64,000 bases of DNA from an uncultured Chloroflexia bacterium (GTDB lineage Bacteria > Chloroflexota > Limnocylindria > Limnocylindrales > CSP1-4), in NCBI GenBank assembly GCA_963813335.1, contig CAWEYL010000001.1:1202281-1266280 (forward strand). The letters run 5' to 3'. Below, one piece after another: positions 29,367 through 42,984 of this stretch; the first letter of the stretch is position 1, and every line of letters starts with the position of its first letter. The notes under the pieces were generated by a model. That model did not search any database. It was not told where the DNA came from and saw only the letters and a program-made list of their open reading frames with translations. The position numbers and the translations under genes were made by a program.

Positions 29367-30800
29367 TCAGCCGTTCTCCGGCCGCATCAGCCAGCGGATC
29401 CCCTCGGTCGGCGCCCACAGCCACGACGGCATGTACATCGACGCGTACGCGAACTCCGCGACCTCCTTGTCGACCTCGAAGGCGCGCAGCAGTGCCGTAT
29501 CGATGGTCGACGGCTCGCCGGCCTCGCGCAGGCCGTCGCGGTAGGCGGCCAGGAATCGCTCCCGGGCGCGCGGGACCCAGCCGGCCAGGTCCAGGCCCGG
29601 CTGCTCGAGCGGGCCGCCGTTGCCTGCCTCCGCACGGCGGCCGGCGCTGCCGGCGACATGATCGAACGAGCGGAACATCGTCGCCACGTCGCGCAGCGGC
29701 GATCGATGCGCGCGCCGGGCCTCGGTCGGATCGAGCGGGTCGCCCTCGAAGTCGATGACGCGATAGCCGTCGGGCGCGACGAGGATCTGGCTCAGGTGCA
29801 GGTCGCCGTGCGCCCGGATGACCCGCGGCACGGTCGAGAGCCCGTCGAAGACGGTGAACGCCTCCGCGATCCGCGGCGCGAGGTCGCGCAGGAGCTTCCT
29901 GGTCTCACCGCTCGTTGATGCGATCGCCTCGTCGAGGTGCCGGCGGGCGGCGGCCGACCAGCCGCGGATCTCGCCCCGGGTCGCGTCGCGCGGCGCCAGC
30001 TCGCGGATGTCCGGTCGCGAGGCGAGCGCCGCGTGGAGACCGGCCGTCAGCGTGCCGAGGTCGGCGGCCACCTCGGTCGCGAACTCGAGGCTGACCGCGC
30101 CCGGGGCGAGCAGCCAGGCGACCAGCGCGTCGGCCAGCGACTCGTAGAGGTCGGCGCCATCGGCGACGAACGCCTGGGCGATGGCGATCGTCGTCAGCCC
30201 ATCGCTCGCGGAGACCATCTCGACATAGCCGGCCAGCGGCGGCACGGCGGCGAACCCGACCTCCTCGGACAGGAACGCGACCAGCTCGAGCTCCGGGCTG
30301 AGCCCGGCCTCGAGGCGGCGGTACGCCTTGAGCAGCACGGCCTCGTCGAGGACCACCGAGGTGTTGGACTGGTCCGTGCCGACCGCGCGCTCGACGGCGC
30401 CCACGATCCCGGGCGTCATCGCCGGGCCGGGGCGGCAGACCAGCGCCGCCGTCGGGGCGGCCCGCGCTCGATCGTCAGCCGTGATCGCCCCGATGGCTCG
30501 TCCGGCACCCATCGCGGCGGCCAGCGCCCGCCATGTGCCGTCGCCAGGCAGGGCGGCCCGCAGCGGGCGCCCCGTCAGCGGGATCGTGTAGCGCTGCGTC
30601 GACCCGTCGTCGAGGCCGACGCGAACGATCGCGAGGACATGCGGCCCGCCGGGATCGAGCTCGAAGGCGTCCTCGAGCTGGATCGACGCGATCGTCCGGC
30701 CCTTGGCCGCGAACCAGCGCTCGCCGGCGAGCGCGTCCCGGTCGAGGCGCCCGAGGGCGGCCTCGACCTCCGAGTGCGAGATGCCGGCGTCAGACGCCAG
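29367..30800 (-). CDS. maltokinase-like phosphotransferase; start probably non-canonical (CTG)
   Basis: RWFAAKGR N-cap, [27 protein letters not shown]; frame open to 30800 with no ATG/GTG before 30512. Confidence 0.8.
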   Translation of the reverse strand: MASDAGISHSEVEAALGRLDRDALAGERWFAAKGRTIASIQLEDAFELDPGGPHVLAIVRVGLDDGSTQRYTIPLTGRPLRAALPGDGTWRALAAAMGAGRAIGAITADDRARAAPTAALVCRPGPAMTPGIVGAVERAVGTDQSNTSVVLDEAVLLKAYRRLEAGLSPELELVAFLSEEVGFAAVPPLAGYVEMVSASDGLTTIAIAQAFVADGADLYESLADALVAWLLAPGAVSLEFATEVAADLGTLTAGLHAALASRPDIRELAPRDATRGEIRGWSAAARRHLDEAIASTSGETRKLLRDLAPRIAEAFTVFDGLSTVPRVIRAHGDLHLSQILVAPDGYRVIDFEGDPLDPTEARRAHRSPLRDVATMFRSFDHVAGSAGRRAEAGNGGPLEQPGLDLAGWVPRARERFLAAYRDGLREAGEPSTIDTALLRAFEVDKEVAEFAYASMYMPSWLWAPTEGIRWLMRPENG

Positions 30801-32241
30801 TGTTGATCATCACGTGCTTGACGAACGTGTAGTCCTCGAGCGCGTACTTCGAGCCGTCCTTGCCCCAGCCGGACTGCTTGACGCCGCCGTGCGGCGTCTC
30901 CGACGTGAGCGTGAAGTGCTCGTTGATCCACACATGGCCGAACTCGAGCGCCTTGGCCACGCGCATCGCCCGCCCGATATCGCTGGTGAAGACCGAGGAC
31001 GCGAGCCCGTAGGGCGTGTCGTTCGCCCAGGCGACGGCCTGCTCCTCGTCGGCGAAGCGCTGGACGGTGACCACCGGGCCGAAGATCTCGTCCTGGATGA
31101 TCTCCGACTTCTGGTCCGGCCCGGCGATGACCGTGGGGGCGTAGTAGGCGCCGGCGCGGTCCGGGCGCACGCCGCCCACGACGACCTCGGCGCTCGCGCG
31201 GGCCCGGTCGACCATGCCCTGGACCTTCTCCGCCTGGGCCTGCGCGATCATCGAGCCCATCTCGATGTCGTCCCCTTCGGCCGGGTCGCCCCACTTGATG
31301 GTCTTGACCTGGTCGGCCAGCGCGGAGACGAACTGGTCGTAGACGGCCGGGCCCGCGATGACGCGGGTGGCCGCAGTGCAGTCCTGGCCGGCGTTCCAGT
31401 AGCCGGCGAAGCGCAGCGTCTCGGCCGCGAGGTTCACGTCGGCGTCGTCGAAGACGATGATCGGCGCCTTGCCGCCGAGCTCGAGGTGGAGGCGCTTGAC
31501 GCTGTCGGACGCGATGCGCGCGATGCGCTTGCCGGTCACGGTGTCGCCGGTGATCGAGACCATCCGCACCTTCGGGTGCCCGACGAGCGCGTCGCCGATG
31601 TCCGCGCCCGAGCCCGACAGGACGTTCACGACGCCCGGGGGAAGGATGTCGGCGAGGATCTCGGCGAACGCCAGCGCCGTCAGCGGCGTGCGCGCCGACG
31701 GCTTGAGGACCACCGTGTTGCCGGTGGCCAGCGCCGGCCCGAGCTTCCACGACGCCATGTAGAGCGGGTAGTTCCAGGGCGCGATCGAGGCGACGACGCC
31801 GATCGGGTCGCGCCGGATGATCGAGGTGTGCCCGGCCGCGAACTCATTGGCCGCGAGGCCGTCCATCACCCGGGCCGCGCCGGCGAAGAAGCGGAAGAGG
31901 TCGGCGCAGACGGCCATCTCGTCGATGGCGGCTCCGACCGGCTTGCCGGCGTTCGCGCTCTCGAGCCGGCCCAGCTCGTCGCCCCGCCCCTCCAGCGCGT
32001 CCGCGATCTTGAGGAGCAGGAGCGAGCGGTCCTGCGGCGTCGTCTTCTTCCAGGTCTGGAAGGCGGTATCCGCCGCGCTCACCGCGCGGTCGACGTCCTC
32101 GTTCGAGCTGGCGGGGACGCTGGCGATGGGCTGGTCGTTGGCCGGGTTGATGACCTCGGCGGTGCGCCCGTCCGCGGCATCGACGAACTTGCCGCCGATG
32201 AGCTGCTGGTAGGTCTTGACGCGCTCGGCGACGTCGGTCAT
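30790..32241 (-). CDS. aldehyde dehydrogenase, gamma-aminobutyraldehyde dehydrogenase-like
   Basis: [39 protein letters not shown]. Confidence 0.9.
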   Translation of the reverse strand: MTDVAERVKTYQQLIGGKFVDAADGRTAEVINPANDQPIASVPASSNEDVDRAVSAADTAFQTWKKTTPQDRSLLLLKIADALEGRGDELGRLESANAGKPVGAAIDEMAVCADLFRFFAGAARVMDGLAANEFAAGHTSIIRRDPIGVVASIAPWNYPLYMASWKLGPALATGNTVVLKPSARTPLTALAFAEILADILPPGVVNVLSGSGADIGDALVGHPKVRMVSITGDTVTGKRIARIASDSVKRLHLELGGKAPIIVFDDADVNLAAETLRFAGYWNAGQDCTAATRVIAGPAVYDQFVSALADQVKTIKWGDPAEGDDIEMGSMIAQAQAEKVQGMVDRARASAEVVVGGVRPDRAGAYYAPTVIAGPDQKSEIIQDEIFGPVVTVQRFADEEQAVAWANDTPYGLASSVFTSDIGRAMRVAKALEFGHVWINEHFTLTSETPHGGVKQSGWGKDGSKYALEDYTFVKHVMINTGV

Positions 32242-32336
32242 CGGGGTGTCCTCCTGGCTGGTGACGGGGTCATGTCAGTCCGCGGGATGGTGGCGCCATC
32301 GTAGTCCCCGGCAGATACGCCGTCCCGTCACGTGGC

Positions 32337-33650
32337 TCAGCTCGTGACCGGCGCTCCGGTCAGCGCGACGCGCTCGATCAGGTCCGCCGCGCGGACGGTG
32401 CCGGAGCCCGACTTGATGCGCGACGACATCTCCGAGAGGCGGCGCGCGAGCGCGCGGTCGTCGAGCAGCTCGTCGATGGCGTCGGACAGCTCCCCGTCGC
32501 GGAAGTCGTAGGTCGCCAGCCGCCGCCCGAACCCGGTCTCGTCGATGCGCTGGGCGTTGTCGACCTGGTCCCAGAAGAGCGGCAGCACGATCATCGGCTT
32601 GCCGTGGTGGAAGGCCTCGGTGACCGTGTTGTTGCCGCCGTGGGTGATCACGAGGTCGACCTGCGGCAGGATCGCCGGCTGCGGCAGGAACCCCTCCCCC
32701 GCCTGGTTGTCGTGGAGCGTGATCTGGTCGGCGAGGGGGCCCTTCGAGACGATCACGCGATGCTCGGTGGTGGCGAGCAGGTCGACCAGCCGCTGCATCA
32801 GCCCGACATCCGCCGACCCGAGCGAGCCGAGCGACAGGTAGATGAGCGCGCCGTCGCGCTCCCGAAGGTGCGCCGGCAGGTCCCATGTGGTGTCGGCGGC
32901 GCGCACGGACGAGTCCACGCGGTGCCACGTCGGGGTGGGCGGTCGCTCGCGGGCGTAGTCGGCCTCGGCCGGGTAGGCGTAGAGGTTGAGCCACGGCGAC
33001 TCGGCGGTGAAGTCCGGGCCGAGCGGGCCATGGGACAGCCCCGGCTCCCCGTGCTCGCGGCAGAAGGCATCGAAGTCGGCCCACATGTCGCCGTGGGTGC
33101 GGCGGACCTCCTCGAGGAAGCGCGGCCAGTCGCGCCGGTCCGCGGCGGGATACCCGGACGAGAACGGCGGCACGGCCGGGTCCTTCAGCTCGGCCGGGTT
33201 GCACGACATGATCCGGACCCACGGCCGCCCGGACGCGCCGAGCGCCGGGAACGACACGACGTTGTCCTCGACGATCACGTCCGGCCCGAGCTCGTCGAAG
33301 ATCTCCAGCAGCCGCGGATCGACGTACTTCGCCCCGTCGATCAGCGCCTGGAAGGTCGGCGCGATGAACTCGCTCAACTGGTCGATGGTCGGCTTGCGGA
33401 AGACCGGCGCGGTGTCGCGGATGAAGTCGATCCAGAACTGGCCGGGGATCTCGGGCTCGGCCGGCGGCGGCCCGAGGCGCATCAGGCGCTCCTCGAACCC
33501 CTTGGCTTCCAGCGTCCCCGCGAACGACTCCTCGACCACGAACACCACGCGGTGCCCGCGCGACCGCAGCACCTGGCCGATCCCGACGCAGTTGTTGGTC
33601 GGTCCGTAGGCGCCTTCGGGGAAGAAGACGACGGTGCGGGCGTCGGTCAC
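32337..33650 (-). CDS. GT1 (MGT/UDP-glycosyltransferase) family glycosyltransferase
   Basis: YLSLGS, FLPQ..ITHGGNNT..E..GKPM..P..WDQ UGT signature. Confidence 0.9.
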   Translation of the reverse strand: MTDARTVVFFPEGAYGPTNNCVGIGQVLRSRGHRVVFVVEESFAGTLEAKGFEERLMRLGPPPAEPEIPGQFWIDFIRDTAPVFRKPTIDQLSEFIAPTFQALIDGAKYVDPRLLEIFDELGPDVIVEDNVVSFPALGASGRPWVRIMSCNPAELKDPAVPPFSSGYPAADRRDWPRFLEEVRRTHGDMWADFDAFCREHGEPGLSHGPLGPDFTAESPWLNLYAYPAEADYARERPPTPTWHRVDSSVRAADTTWDLPAHLRERDGALIYLSLGSLGSADVGLMQRLVDLLATTEHRVIVSKGPLADQITLHDNQAGEGFLPQPAILPQVDLVITHGGNNTVTEAFHHGKPMIVLPLFWDQVDNAQRIDETGFGRRLATYDFRDGELSDAIDELLDDRALARRLSEMSSRIKSGSGTVRAADLIERVALTGAPVTS

Positions 33651-33666
33651 GCTCGGCGGGATCCGC

Positions 33667-33900
33667 TCAATGGCCTTGCAAGACGGATCGCAGGCGCTCG
33701 AATTCGCGGTCGTCGATCTCGCCCTTGGCGAGTCGGGTCCGAAGTGCATCCATGGCCGGGTCGCGCGGACCATCGGAGGCGGTGCCGTGCAGCGAGCGAG
33801 CCAGTCGCACGATGAGTGCGTAGGCGACGCCAACGACCAGGATCCATACGGCCACGATCGCGACGATGACGAGGATCTCCGGAGCACCCACGTTCGGCAC
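33667..33900 (-). CDS. SHOCT domain-containing small membrane protein
   Basis: TM helix followed by LRTRLAKGEIDDREFE. Confidence 0.85.
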   Translation of the reverse strand: MPNVGAPEILVIVAIVAVWILVVGVAYALIVRLARSLHGTASDGPRDPAMDALRTRLAKGEIDDREFERLRSVLQGH

Positions 33901-33948
33901 AGGACCCCTCCACGAATGCGGCGATGTGCCCATCGAGAGAGTAGCGCC

Positions 33949-34710
33949 CTAGCGGCCCAGCGCAAGGGCGACGACCAGGATCGCGGCCGACCCGATGGCC
34001 ATCACCGCGTCCAGCCACGTCCAGCGCAGGACCCGGTACGACGTCCGTCGACCCGACCCGAACGCCCGGGCGTCCATCGCGAGGGCGAGCCGGTCGCCAT
34101 GCCGGATGGCGAGGACGAGGACGCCGACCAGCAGGCGCGGGTGCCAGCTCCCGCGGAGGCCCCGGATCCGCCGCGCGGCGCGCAGCGTCGTGAGGTCCTC
34201 CGCGAACCGCGGGATCGCCTGGTACGCGGCGAGCGCCCCGTACGCGAAGCGCGGCGAGACGCCAGCCTGCCCGGTGAGCGAGTCAGCGAGCCGAGTCGGG
34301 TCGGTGGTCAGCGTGAAGACCGCGCCCACACAGGCGAGGGCCACCACCCGCAGCGCCAAGGCCGCGCCCGTGACGACGGCTTCGACGGTGATCCGCACCG
34401 GACCGATCTCGAAAAGTGGCGACGCCGCGGGATCGCCGTTCGACATGGAGAAGACGGCGTTCGAGATCCCGATCCCGATCGCCGCTACCCACAGCGGCGC
34501 CAGGGCGCGGGCCAGGGTGCGCGGCGCGATCGCGCCGATCGTCAGCCCGGCGGTGACGGCCACCGCCGTCAGGGCCAGTGGCGGTGCGAACCGCTCGGTG
34601 AACGCCAGCCCGACCAGCCAGACCAGGGCGATGGCGAGCTTGACGACGGGACTCGTCCGCCCGAGCAAGCTGTCGAGCTGGGCGTCGATGGGCTCGAGTC
34701 GCGCGATCAC
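33949..34710 (-). CDS. ECF transporter transmembrane (T) component
   Basis: Multiple TM helices, ARRIRG and AMDARAF motifs. Confidence 0.9.
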   Translation of the reverse strand: MIARLEPIDAQLDSLLGRTSPVVKLAIALVWLVGLAFTERFAPPLALTAVAVTAGLTIGAIAPRTLARALAPLWVAAIGIGISNAVFSMSNGDPAASPLFEIGPVRITVEAVVTGAALALRVVALACVGAVFTLTTDPTRLADSLTGQAGVSPRFAYGALAAYQAIPRFAEDLTTLRAARRIRGLRGSWHPRLLVGVLVLAIRHGDRLALAMDARAFGSGRRTSYRVLRWTWLDAVMAIGSAAILVVALALGR

Positions 34711-36200
34711 GGCACTGGCGCGTCGCGCACGATCCGGCCCTCGTCGAGCTCGATGACCCGGCCGGCGACATCGCGGACGAACCGCTCGTCGTGGGTCGCC
34801 GCGATCAGGCAGGCGCCAGCGTCCAGCCGCTCCCCCAGGATCGCGAGCAGCCCGGCATAGCCGGCGCGATCCTGCCCGAACGTCGGCTCATCGAGGACCA
34901 GGAGCCGCGGCTCGCGCACGAGCGCGCACGCCAGCGACAGCCGCCGCTGCTCACCCCCGGACAGCCGGTACGGGCTCCGGGCGCCGAACGCCTCGAGCGG
35001 CAGGCCCAGCTGGGCCATCAGCGGCGCGACGCGTCCGGTCTCGGCGGGCTGCAGCCCGAGCGTCACCTCGTCGTCCACCCGCTGCGCCAGGAACTGGCGT
35101 TCCGGCTCCTGGAAGACATAGGCGGCGCGGCGCGCAAGATCGGCTGCCGACAGCCGCGCTGGGTCGTCGCCAAGGAGGCGGATGGTCCCGACGTCCGGTC
35201 GCCGGAGCCCGACCAGCAACTGCCCGAGCGTCGACTTGCCGCTGCCGTTCCGCCCGACCAGCGCGACCCGCTCGCCGGCGGCGACCGTGACCGACGCTCC
35301 GTGCAGGACGGGGACGCGCCGGTCGAAGCCGAAGGTCACGCCGTCGGCCGACACGACGACGTCGTCGCCGGATGCGCGACCCGGCGGCAGGATGGTCGCG
35401 CCCGGATCCGGCCCGAGCGCCGCCTCGACCGACGCCGGCAGCCAGATCCCGGCGGCGCGCATCCGCTCGCCCGACCGCCCTGCGACGGCATCGGGCGGCC
35501 CGACATCGATGGTGCTCCCATCGCGGTCGAGGGCGATGACGAGGTCCGCCAGCGGCCAGGCGACGTCGACGCGGTGCTCGATCAGGACGATGCTGGTCCG
35601 CCGCGCGTCGCGGATCCGCCGGAGCCAGCGGATCAGGGCGTTGGCCCCGTCGGGGTCGAGGTTGGCGGTCGGCTCGTCCAGGACGAGGAGGCCCGGGTCG
35701 GCCGCGAGCACGCCGGCCAGCGCCAGTCGCTGTTGCTGGCCACCGGAGAGCGTCCTCGACCGACGGCGGCCCATGCCACTGAGCCCGACCGCGGCGAGCG
35801 AGGTATCGACCGCCGCGCCCATCGACGCGCGGGGCCACGCCCGGTTCTCGAGCCCGAACGCCACGTCGTCCTCGACCCGGTCCATCACCAGCTGCGAGGC
35901 CGGATCCTGGAAGACGAGACCGACCCTGGCAGCCACGGCGCGGCCATCCGTCTCGCGCATCGCGCGGCCGTCGAGGTCGAGCCGGCCGTCGATGGTCGAG
36001 GGGATCTCGCGCGGGATCAGCCCGGCGAGGGCCAGGGCGAGCGTGCTCTTCCCCGAGCCGGACGGGCCGACCACCAGCATCGTCCGGCCCGGGGCGAGCT
36101 CGAAGGACAGGTCCCGGACAGCCGGGCGATCGTTGCCTCGATGGCTGATCGTCACCCCACGCGCGACGACGCTCGCCGGGTAGGTCGAGGTCAGGCTCAG
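34707..36200 (-). CDS. ECF transporter dual ABC ATPase (YkoD-like)
   Basis: Two Walker A motifs (GPSGSGKS, GRNGSGKS), LSGG, DEPT; start probably the CTG overlapping the S-component TGA, alternative GTG at 36156. Confidence 0.9.
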   Translation of the reverse strand: MSLTSTYPASVVARGVTISHRGNDRPAVRDLSFELAPGRTMLVVGPSGSGKSTLALALAGLIPREIPSTIDGRLDLDGRAMRETDGRAVAARVGLVFQDPASQLVMDRVEDDVAFGLENRAWPRASMGAAVDTSLAAVGLSGMGRRRSRTLSGGQQQRLALAGVLAADPGLLVLDEPTANLDPDGANALIRWLRRIRDARRTSIVLIEHRVDVAWPLADLVIALDRDGSTIDVGPPDAVAGRSGERMRAAGIWLPASVEAALGPDPGATILPPGRASGDDVVVSADGVTFGFDRRVPVLHGASVTVAAGERVALVGRNGSGKSTLGQLLVGLRRPDVGTIRLLGDDPARLSAADLARRAAYVFQEPERQFLAQRVDDEVTLGLQPAETGRVAPLMAQLGLPLEAFGARSPYRLSGGEQRRLSLACALVREPRLLVLDEPTFGQDRAGYAGLLAILGERLDAGACLIAATHDERFVRDVAGRVIELDEGRIVRDAPVP

Positions 36201-36793
36201 TCGGGGAACCCTTCCAGCACGCCGGCACGCTTCAAGGCCCGATGCAGGACCACCGACCCACCGGCGACGAAGATCACCGCGGAGATCGCCATGAAGATGC
36301 CCCGCACGATCTGGTAGCCGGGGTCGATGTCCGGGTAGTACAGCGCCCAGTCGTGGATCCACGCGGCGGCGGCACTCGCGACCGCGGCGATGGCCAGGAT
36401 CGGGAACGACCAGACCCGATAGAGGGTGAAGGCGAAGACCAGCTCGGCGGCAGCCCCCTGCACGAACCCGGAGAGCAGCGTGTCCACGCCCCAGATGCTG
36501 CCGAGCAGCGCCGACACGCCGGCGGCGACCATCTCGCCGAAGAGCGCCGCCCCGGGCTTGCGCACGACGAGCGGCACGAGGACCGCCGGGATCAGCCAGA
36601 TCGCGTAGCCCAGGTCGCGGATCGGCAGCGCGAGCGTGGAGAGCGGCTTGAGCGGCCCGTCCCAGACGAGGCTCCACGCCCAGAAGACGACGCCGAAGGC
36701 AACGCCGATGACCGCCGCGACGACGATGTCGCGGGTCCGCCAGCGGGTATCGGGAAGGGCCGCCGGCGCGGACGACCCGTATGCGGTGGTCAT
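36197..36793 (-). CDS. ykoE: ECF transporter S component, thiamine/HMP (YkoE-like)
   Basis: WRTRDIVV, RKPGAALFGE, QGAAAELVF; TPP riboswitch upstream. Confidence 0.88.
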   Translation of the reverse strand: MTTAYGSSAPAALPDTRWRTRDIVVAAVIGVAFGVVFWAWSLVWDGPLKPLSTLALPIRDLGYAIWLIPAVLVPLVVRKPGAALFGEMVAAGVSALLGSIWGVDTLLSGFVQGAAAELVFAFTLYRVWSFPILAIAAVASAAAAWIHDWALYYPDIDPGYQIVRGIFMAISAVIFVAGGSVVLHRALKRAGVLEGFPD

Positions 36794-36871
36794 CTGGTCA
36801 GATCCTCCGATCTCGAACGTGCAGGACGCCGCCTCCGGGTGCCGGGGACGGCGTCGTCGATGACGTTCGGC

Positions 36872-36960
36872 CTGCTTCCTTCGCCGGTACGAGCCGGATC
36901 AGGTTCGGCGGGTCTGCGGCGGTAGCCGCACTCTCAGCGCATCAGCGCTCCCCGGAGGCG
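36872..36960 (-). ncRNA. TPP riboswitch
   Basis: Minus strand GGGGAGC..CTGAGA..GACCC..GAACCTGATCCGG..TACCGGCGAAGGAAG. Confidence 0.95.
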
Positions 36961-36994
36961 TATTCGGTTGGCGGCACCGTACCACGGCGGCCGA

Positions 36995-37369
36995 CTACTC
37001 GACGACGTGGCCTGCCGCGGTGAGGGCCTCCACGGCCGCAGCGAGATCGGGTTCGTGGACCAGCACGTAGTCCGTGTCGTAGGTCGAGATCGCGAAGATG
37101 GCGATCCCCGCGTCGCGGAGTGGGTCCGCGATGGCGGCGACCACGCCGATCAGCGTCATGACCAGCGGTCCCTGGACCTTGAACGCGCGCCACGGGCCCT
37201 CCTGGGGCAGGTCGGCGGGCACGGCGTCGGACCCGCACACGATCGAGAGCTCGTCCGCTGTGCGGGTGATCGAGCTGAACCCGCCGGCTCCCGCGGCCCA
37301 GGCCGGGAGGTCGCTGCCGGCCGGCAGCCGGCAGACGGCCAGTCGCGACTCGATGACGGTCAGGCGCAC
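36995..37369 (-). CDS. ACT domain-containing protein (ACT_7/CASTOR-like)
   Basis: FSSITRTADELSIV, GIAIFAISTYDTDYVLV. Confidence 0.88.
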   Translation of the reverse strand: MRLTVIESRLAVCRLPAGSDLPAWAAGAGGFSSITRTADELSIVCGSDAVPADLPQEGPWRAFKVQGPLVMTLIGVVAAIADPLRDAGIAIFAISTYDTDYVLVHEPDLAAAVEALTAAGHVVE

Positions 37370-38212
37370 CTTGACCGGATCCAGGCGATGACCTCCTCGA
37401 TGATCGCGGGACCCTCGGGCTCGTTCTGGAGCTCGTGGCGAAGGTCCGGGTACGTCCGCCGCTCGACGCCGGGCACCGTCGCGAGGATGGCGGACGCCTC
37501 CGTCGGGACCAGGCGGTCGGCCTCGCCGTGGAGCACCAGGGCCGGGATGCCGAAACCACCACTCACGGCCGCGAGCACGCGCTCCTGCTCCTTGAACGCC
37601 GCCACGGCCATCCGAGCCGTGCTCGACTTGACGCAGGAGCGGGTCGTCGACGGTCTTCGCCCCGACCGACGGGTCGCGCGACAGCGTCTCGCCCTTGATG
37701 TCGTTCGGTATGTCGAAGGTAGGCCTCACCCTGGCGATCAGCGCGGCCAGCGAGCGCTTCCAGACCGGGACCGCCGAGCCGAGCGCCGGCGCGGTCAGGA
37801 CCGCGAGATCCGGCTTCGGGCGGTCGGTCAGGAGATACCCGCTGCAGATCAGCCCACCGAGCGAATGGCCGTACAGGACCACCGGCCGCCCGTGAGCGGC
37901 GGCCCGCACCGCCGCCAGGCGCTCCGCGAGGTCGTCGTGGAACTGGGACCAGCGCTCGACGTCGCCGCGCCGCCCGCCGGAGCCGCCCATGCCGCGGTGG
38001 TCGTACGCCCACGTCTCGAGGCCCGCACCGCTCAGCTGGTCGCCGACGTGCTCGTAGCGTCCCGAGTGCTCGCCCAGTCCGTGGACGAGCAGCACCGAGC
38101 CCCACGGCGCGCCCGCCCAGGCGCCCCCGGCCTCGGCTTCATCGGCCGGCCAGTGCCGGACGAGGAGGTCCGTGCCGTCGGCGGCGGTGGCGTGGCTGAC
38201 GATGGACGGCAT
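37360..38212 (-). CDS. alpha/beta hydrolase (lysophospholipase-like); +1 frameshift near 37637
   Basis: HGLGEHSGRY, DHRGMG, GHSLGG; LHGEAD and RHELQNE in the second frame. Confidence 0.85.
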
Positions 38213-38270
38213 CGGCGCAGCGTACGCGACCGAGGAGGCCGCGATGGGACGCGGACGCTAGCATCGGGGC

Positions 38271-39103
38271 GTGGACGTCGCGGCTGGCTGGGTCGAGATC
38301 GGCGATCGCGTGTTCGTGCGCCGCTACGCGTTCTACGACCAGAACATCGGGGTGATCCTCGGGCGCGGCGAGGCGCTCGTCATCGACACGCGCTCGACCC
38401 ACGTGCAGGCGCGCGAGATCCTCGACGACCTGCGCCAGCTGACACGCGACCCGGTCACGGTCGTCGTGGACACGCACGGCCACTTCGACCACGCCTACGG
38501 CAACCGGGTCTTCCGGCCTGCGGTGATCTGGGGCCATGAGCGCTGTGTGACATTCATGGAGCGGACCGGGGAGCAGCGCCGCGCGAACATCGCCCGCGAG
38601 GAGCCGTCCCTCGCCGCCGACCTCCAGGAGGTCGTCATCGACCCGCCCGACCGGACGTTCGCGGAGCGCGCCACGATCGAGGTCGGCGGTCGAGCCGTCG
38701 AGCTGTCATTCCTCGGCCGCGGCCACACCGACCATGACATCGTCATCGATGTGCCGGGCGCGGACGTCCTGTTCGCCGGCGACCTCATCGAGCAGGGCAA
38801 CGTCCCATTCTTCGGCGATGGGTACCCACTCGACTGGCCCGCGACGGCCGACGCGCTGGTCCCGCTCGTCAGCGGGGTCGTGGTCCCGGGCCACGGCGAC
38901 CACGCCGGCCGGGCATTCGCGGTGTCGCAAGCCGCGTCGCTCAGGGCCCTCGTGGAGCTGGCGCGCCGAGTCCAGGACGGCTCGATGACGCTCGACGAGG
39001 CGATCGCCGCGCATCCCGTTCCCGGACCTGCCGCCCGGCCGACGCCCGGGACGGATTCACGCGGGCGCTGGCGCAGCTCCGGAGCGAGCTCGACCCGGCC
39101 TAG
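38271..39103 (+). CDS. MBL-fold metallo-hydrolase; two +1 frameshifts near 39016-39030
   Basis: THGHFDH, GHT, AGDL, VPGHG; corrected C-terminus HPFPDLPPADARDGFTRALAQLRSELDPA*. Confidence 0.85.
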
Positions 39104-40115
39104 TCGGCGATCCGCACGATCCAGCGGCCGCGGGCCTCGCCGGCGACGATCGCGTCGAGCGCCGGGTCCAGCGTCTCGAGCGTGACTTCCTGGCAGTGCA
39201 CGCCGAGGTCGCGCGGGCGGAGGTCGGTCGCGAGGCGGTCCCAGATCCGGCGGCGCCGGTCGATGGCCATGTTCACCGAGTCCATCCCGAGCAGGGCCAC
39301 GCCGCGGAGGATGAACGGGAAGACCGTCGTCGCGAGCGCCGGGCCCGCCGGCGTTGCCGCTGGCCGCCACGGCCCCGCCGATGCGCAGGGTTCGCAGCAC
39401 GTATGGCAGCGTCGCGCCGCCGACCGCGTCGACGGCCCCGGCCCAGCGCTCCGATTCGAGCGGCTTGCCCTCGGCGGTCACCTCGTCCCGTGTCAGGATC
39501 CCGGCCGCGCCAACGGCCGTGAGCCGCGCCGCCTCGTCGGGCTTGCCGGTGGCCGCCCAGACCTCGTAGCCACGCTCGGCCAGGATCGCCAGCGCGGTGC
39601 CGCCCACGCCGCCGCTGGCGCCGGTCACGAGGACCGGCCCGCCCGCTGGCGTCAGGCCGCGCTCCTCGAGGGCCACCACGGACATCGCCGCGGTGAACCC
39701 CGCGGTCCCGATGCTCATCGCGTCGCGCGACGACAGGCCGGCGGCCAGCGGCACGACCCAGCCGGCCGGCACCCGCTGGTACGGCGTGTACCCGCCGTGG
39801 CGCGACACGCCGATGTCGTAGCCGTGCGCGAGCACCTTCGACCCCACGGCGATCGAGGGGTCCTCGCTCAGCGATCACCTCGCCGGCCAGGTCGATGCCC
39901 GGGATGAGCGGGCTGATCCGCGCGACCTTGCCGTCGACCCGGGTGGCCAGGCCGTCCTTGTAGTTGACGCTCGACCATTCGACGCGGACCTCCACCTCGC
40001 CGGGCGGCAGGTCGGATCCGCGCACGTCGCGCACGCCGCGGTCGACGGCCGCCGTGCCGTCGCGGTCCACCTTCTCGGCGACGTAGGCGCGGAAGGTGGC
40101 GGGGATGGCGGTCAT
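39100..40115 (-). CDS. acuI: acryloyl-CoA reductase AcuI/YhdH-like MDR oxidoreductase; +1 frameshifts near 39870 and 39342
   Basis: SSVNYKDGLA, PGIDLAG, GTAGFTAA, TGASGGVG, PFILRGVALLGMDS across three frames. Confidence 0.85.
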
Positions 40116-40176
40116 GCCCCGAATCGTAGTCGCCCGGCGCGCCGCGGGCGCCACCGTTGCGTTTCGGTCGCGAACG

Positions 40177-40206
40177 TTGACGGGCGATGGTTGCGGCGCG
40201 CACTAT
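40177..40206 (+). promoter_or_regulatory. sigma70-like promoter of the met leader
   Basis: TTGACG-N18-CACTAT. Confidence 0.6.
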
Positions 40207-40215
40207 CGGCCGGTC

Positions 40216-40281
40216 ATGAGCACCTTCGTCCGATCGAACATGTGTATGCGCAGGCGGCCCCGCCGAAAGGCATGGGTCTGA
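40216..40281 (+). CDS. putative leader peptide MSTFVRSNMCMRRRPRRKAWV
   Basis: 21-codon ORF just after the promoter, ATG-TGT-ATG cluster, followed by a terminator before metY. Confidence 0.65.
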   Translation: MSTFVRSNMCMRRRPRRKAWV

Positions 40282-40304
40282 GATCCCGCGCACGTTCGAC
40301 ATGA

Positions 40305-42799
<2,495 letters not shown>

Positions 42800-42864
42800 C
42801 CGCGGCCTCCGGCCCGATCGCCCGAGGGCCGCTTGTCATGTAGCCGACACTTGGTCGTGGGAGC

Positions 42865-42984
42865 GAAACATCCCTGACCATCAGGCGTCCCCTCGTGTGT
42901 CGCGCCGCTCGGCCGACGACCGTCACGAGGGCCAAGGGATGCTGGGGTCCGCGAATCCGCAATGAATGGCACGGTCAGGCGTCC
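42865..42984 (+). promoter_or_regulatory. two tandem ECF-type promoter candidates
   Basis: GAAAC-N16-CGTC (42865-42889) and GCAAT-N16-CGTC (42959-42983), both within a tcaggcgtcc direct repeat. Confidence 0.55.

Noticed and set aside
36995-38212. Apparent hydrolase-ACT domain fusion
   Set aside because: Caused by the frameshift near 37637. The hydrolase Asp/His region is in another frame ending at 37360.
37630-39875. Programmed ribosomal frameshifting in the broken genes
   Set aside because: No slippery heptamers or stimulatory structures are evident, and these families are not known to use recoding.
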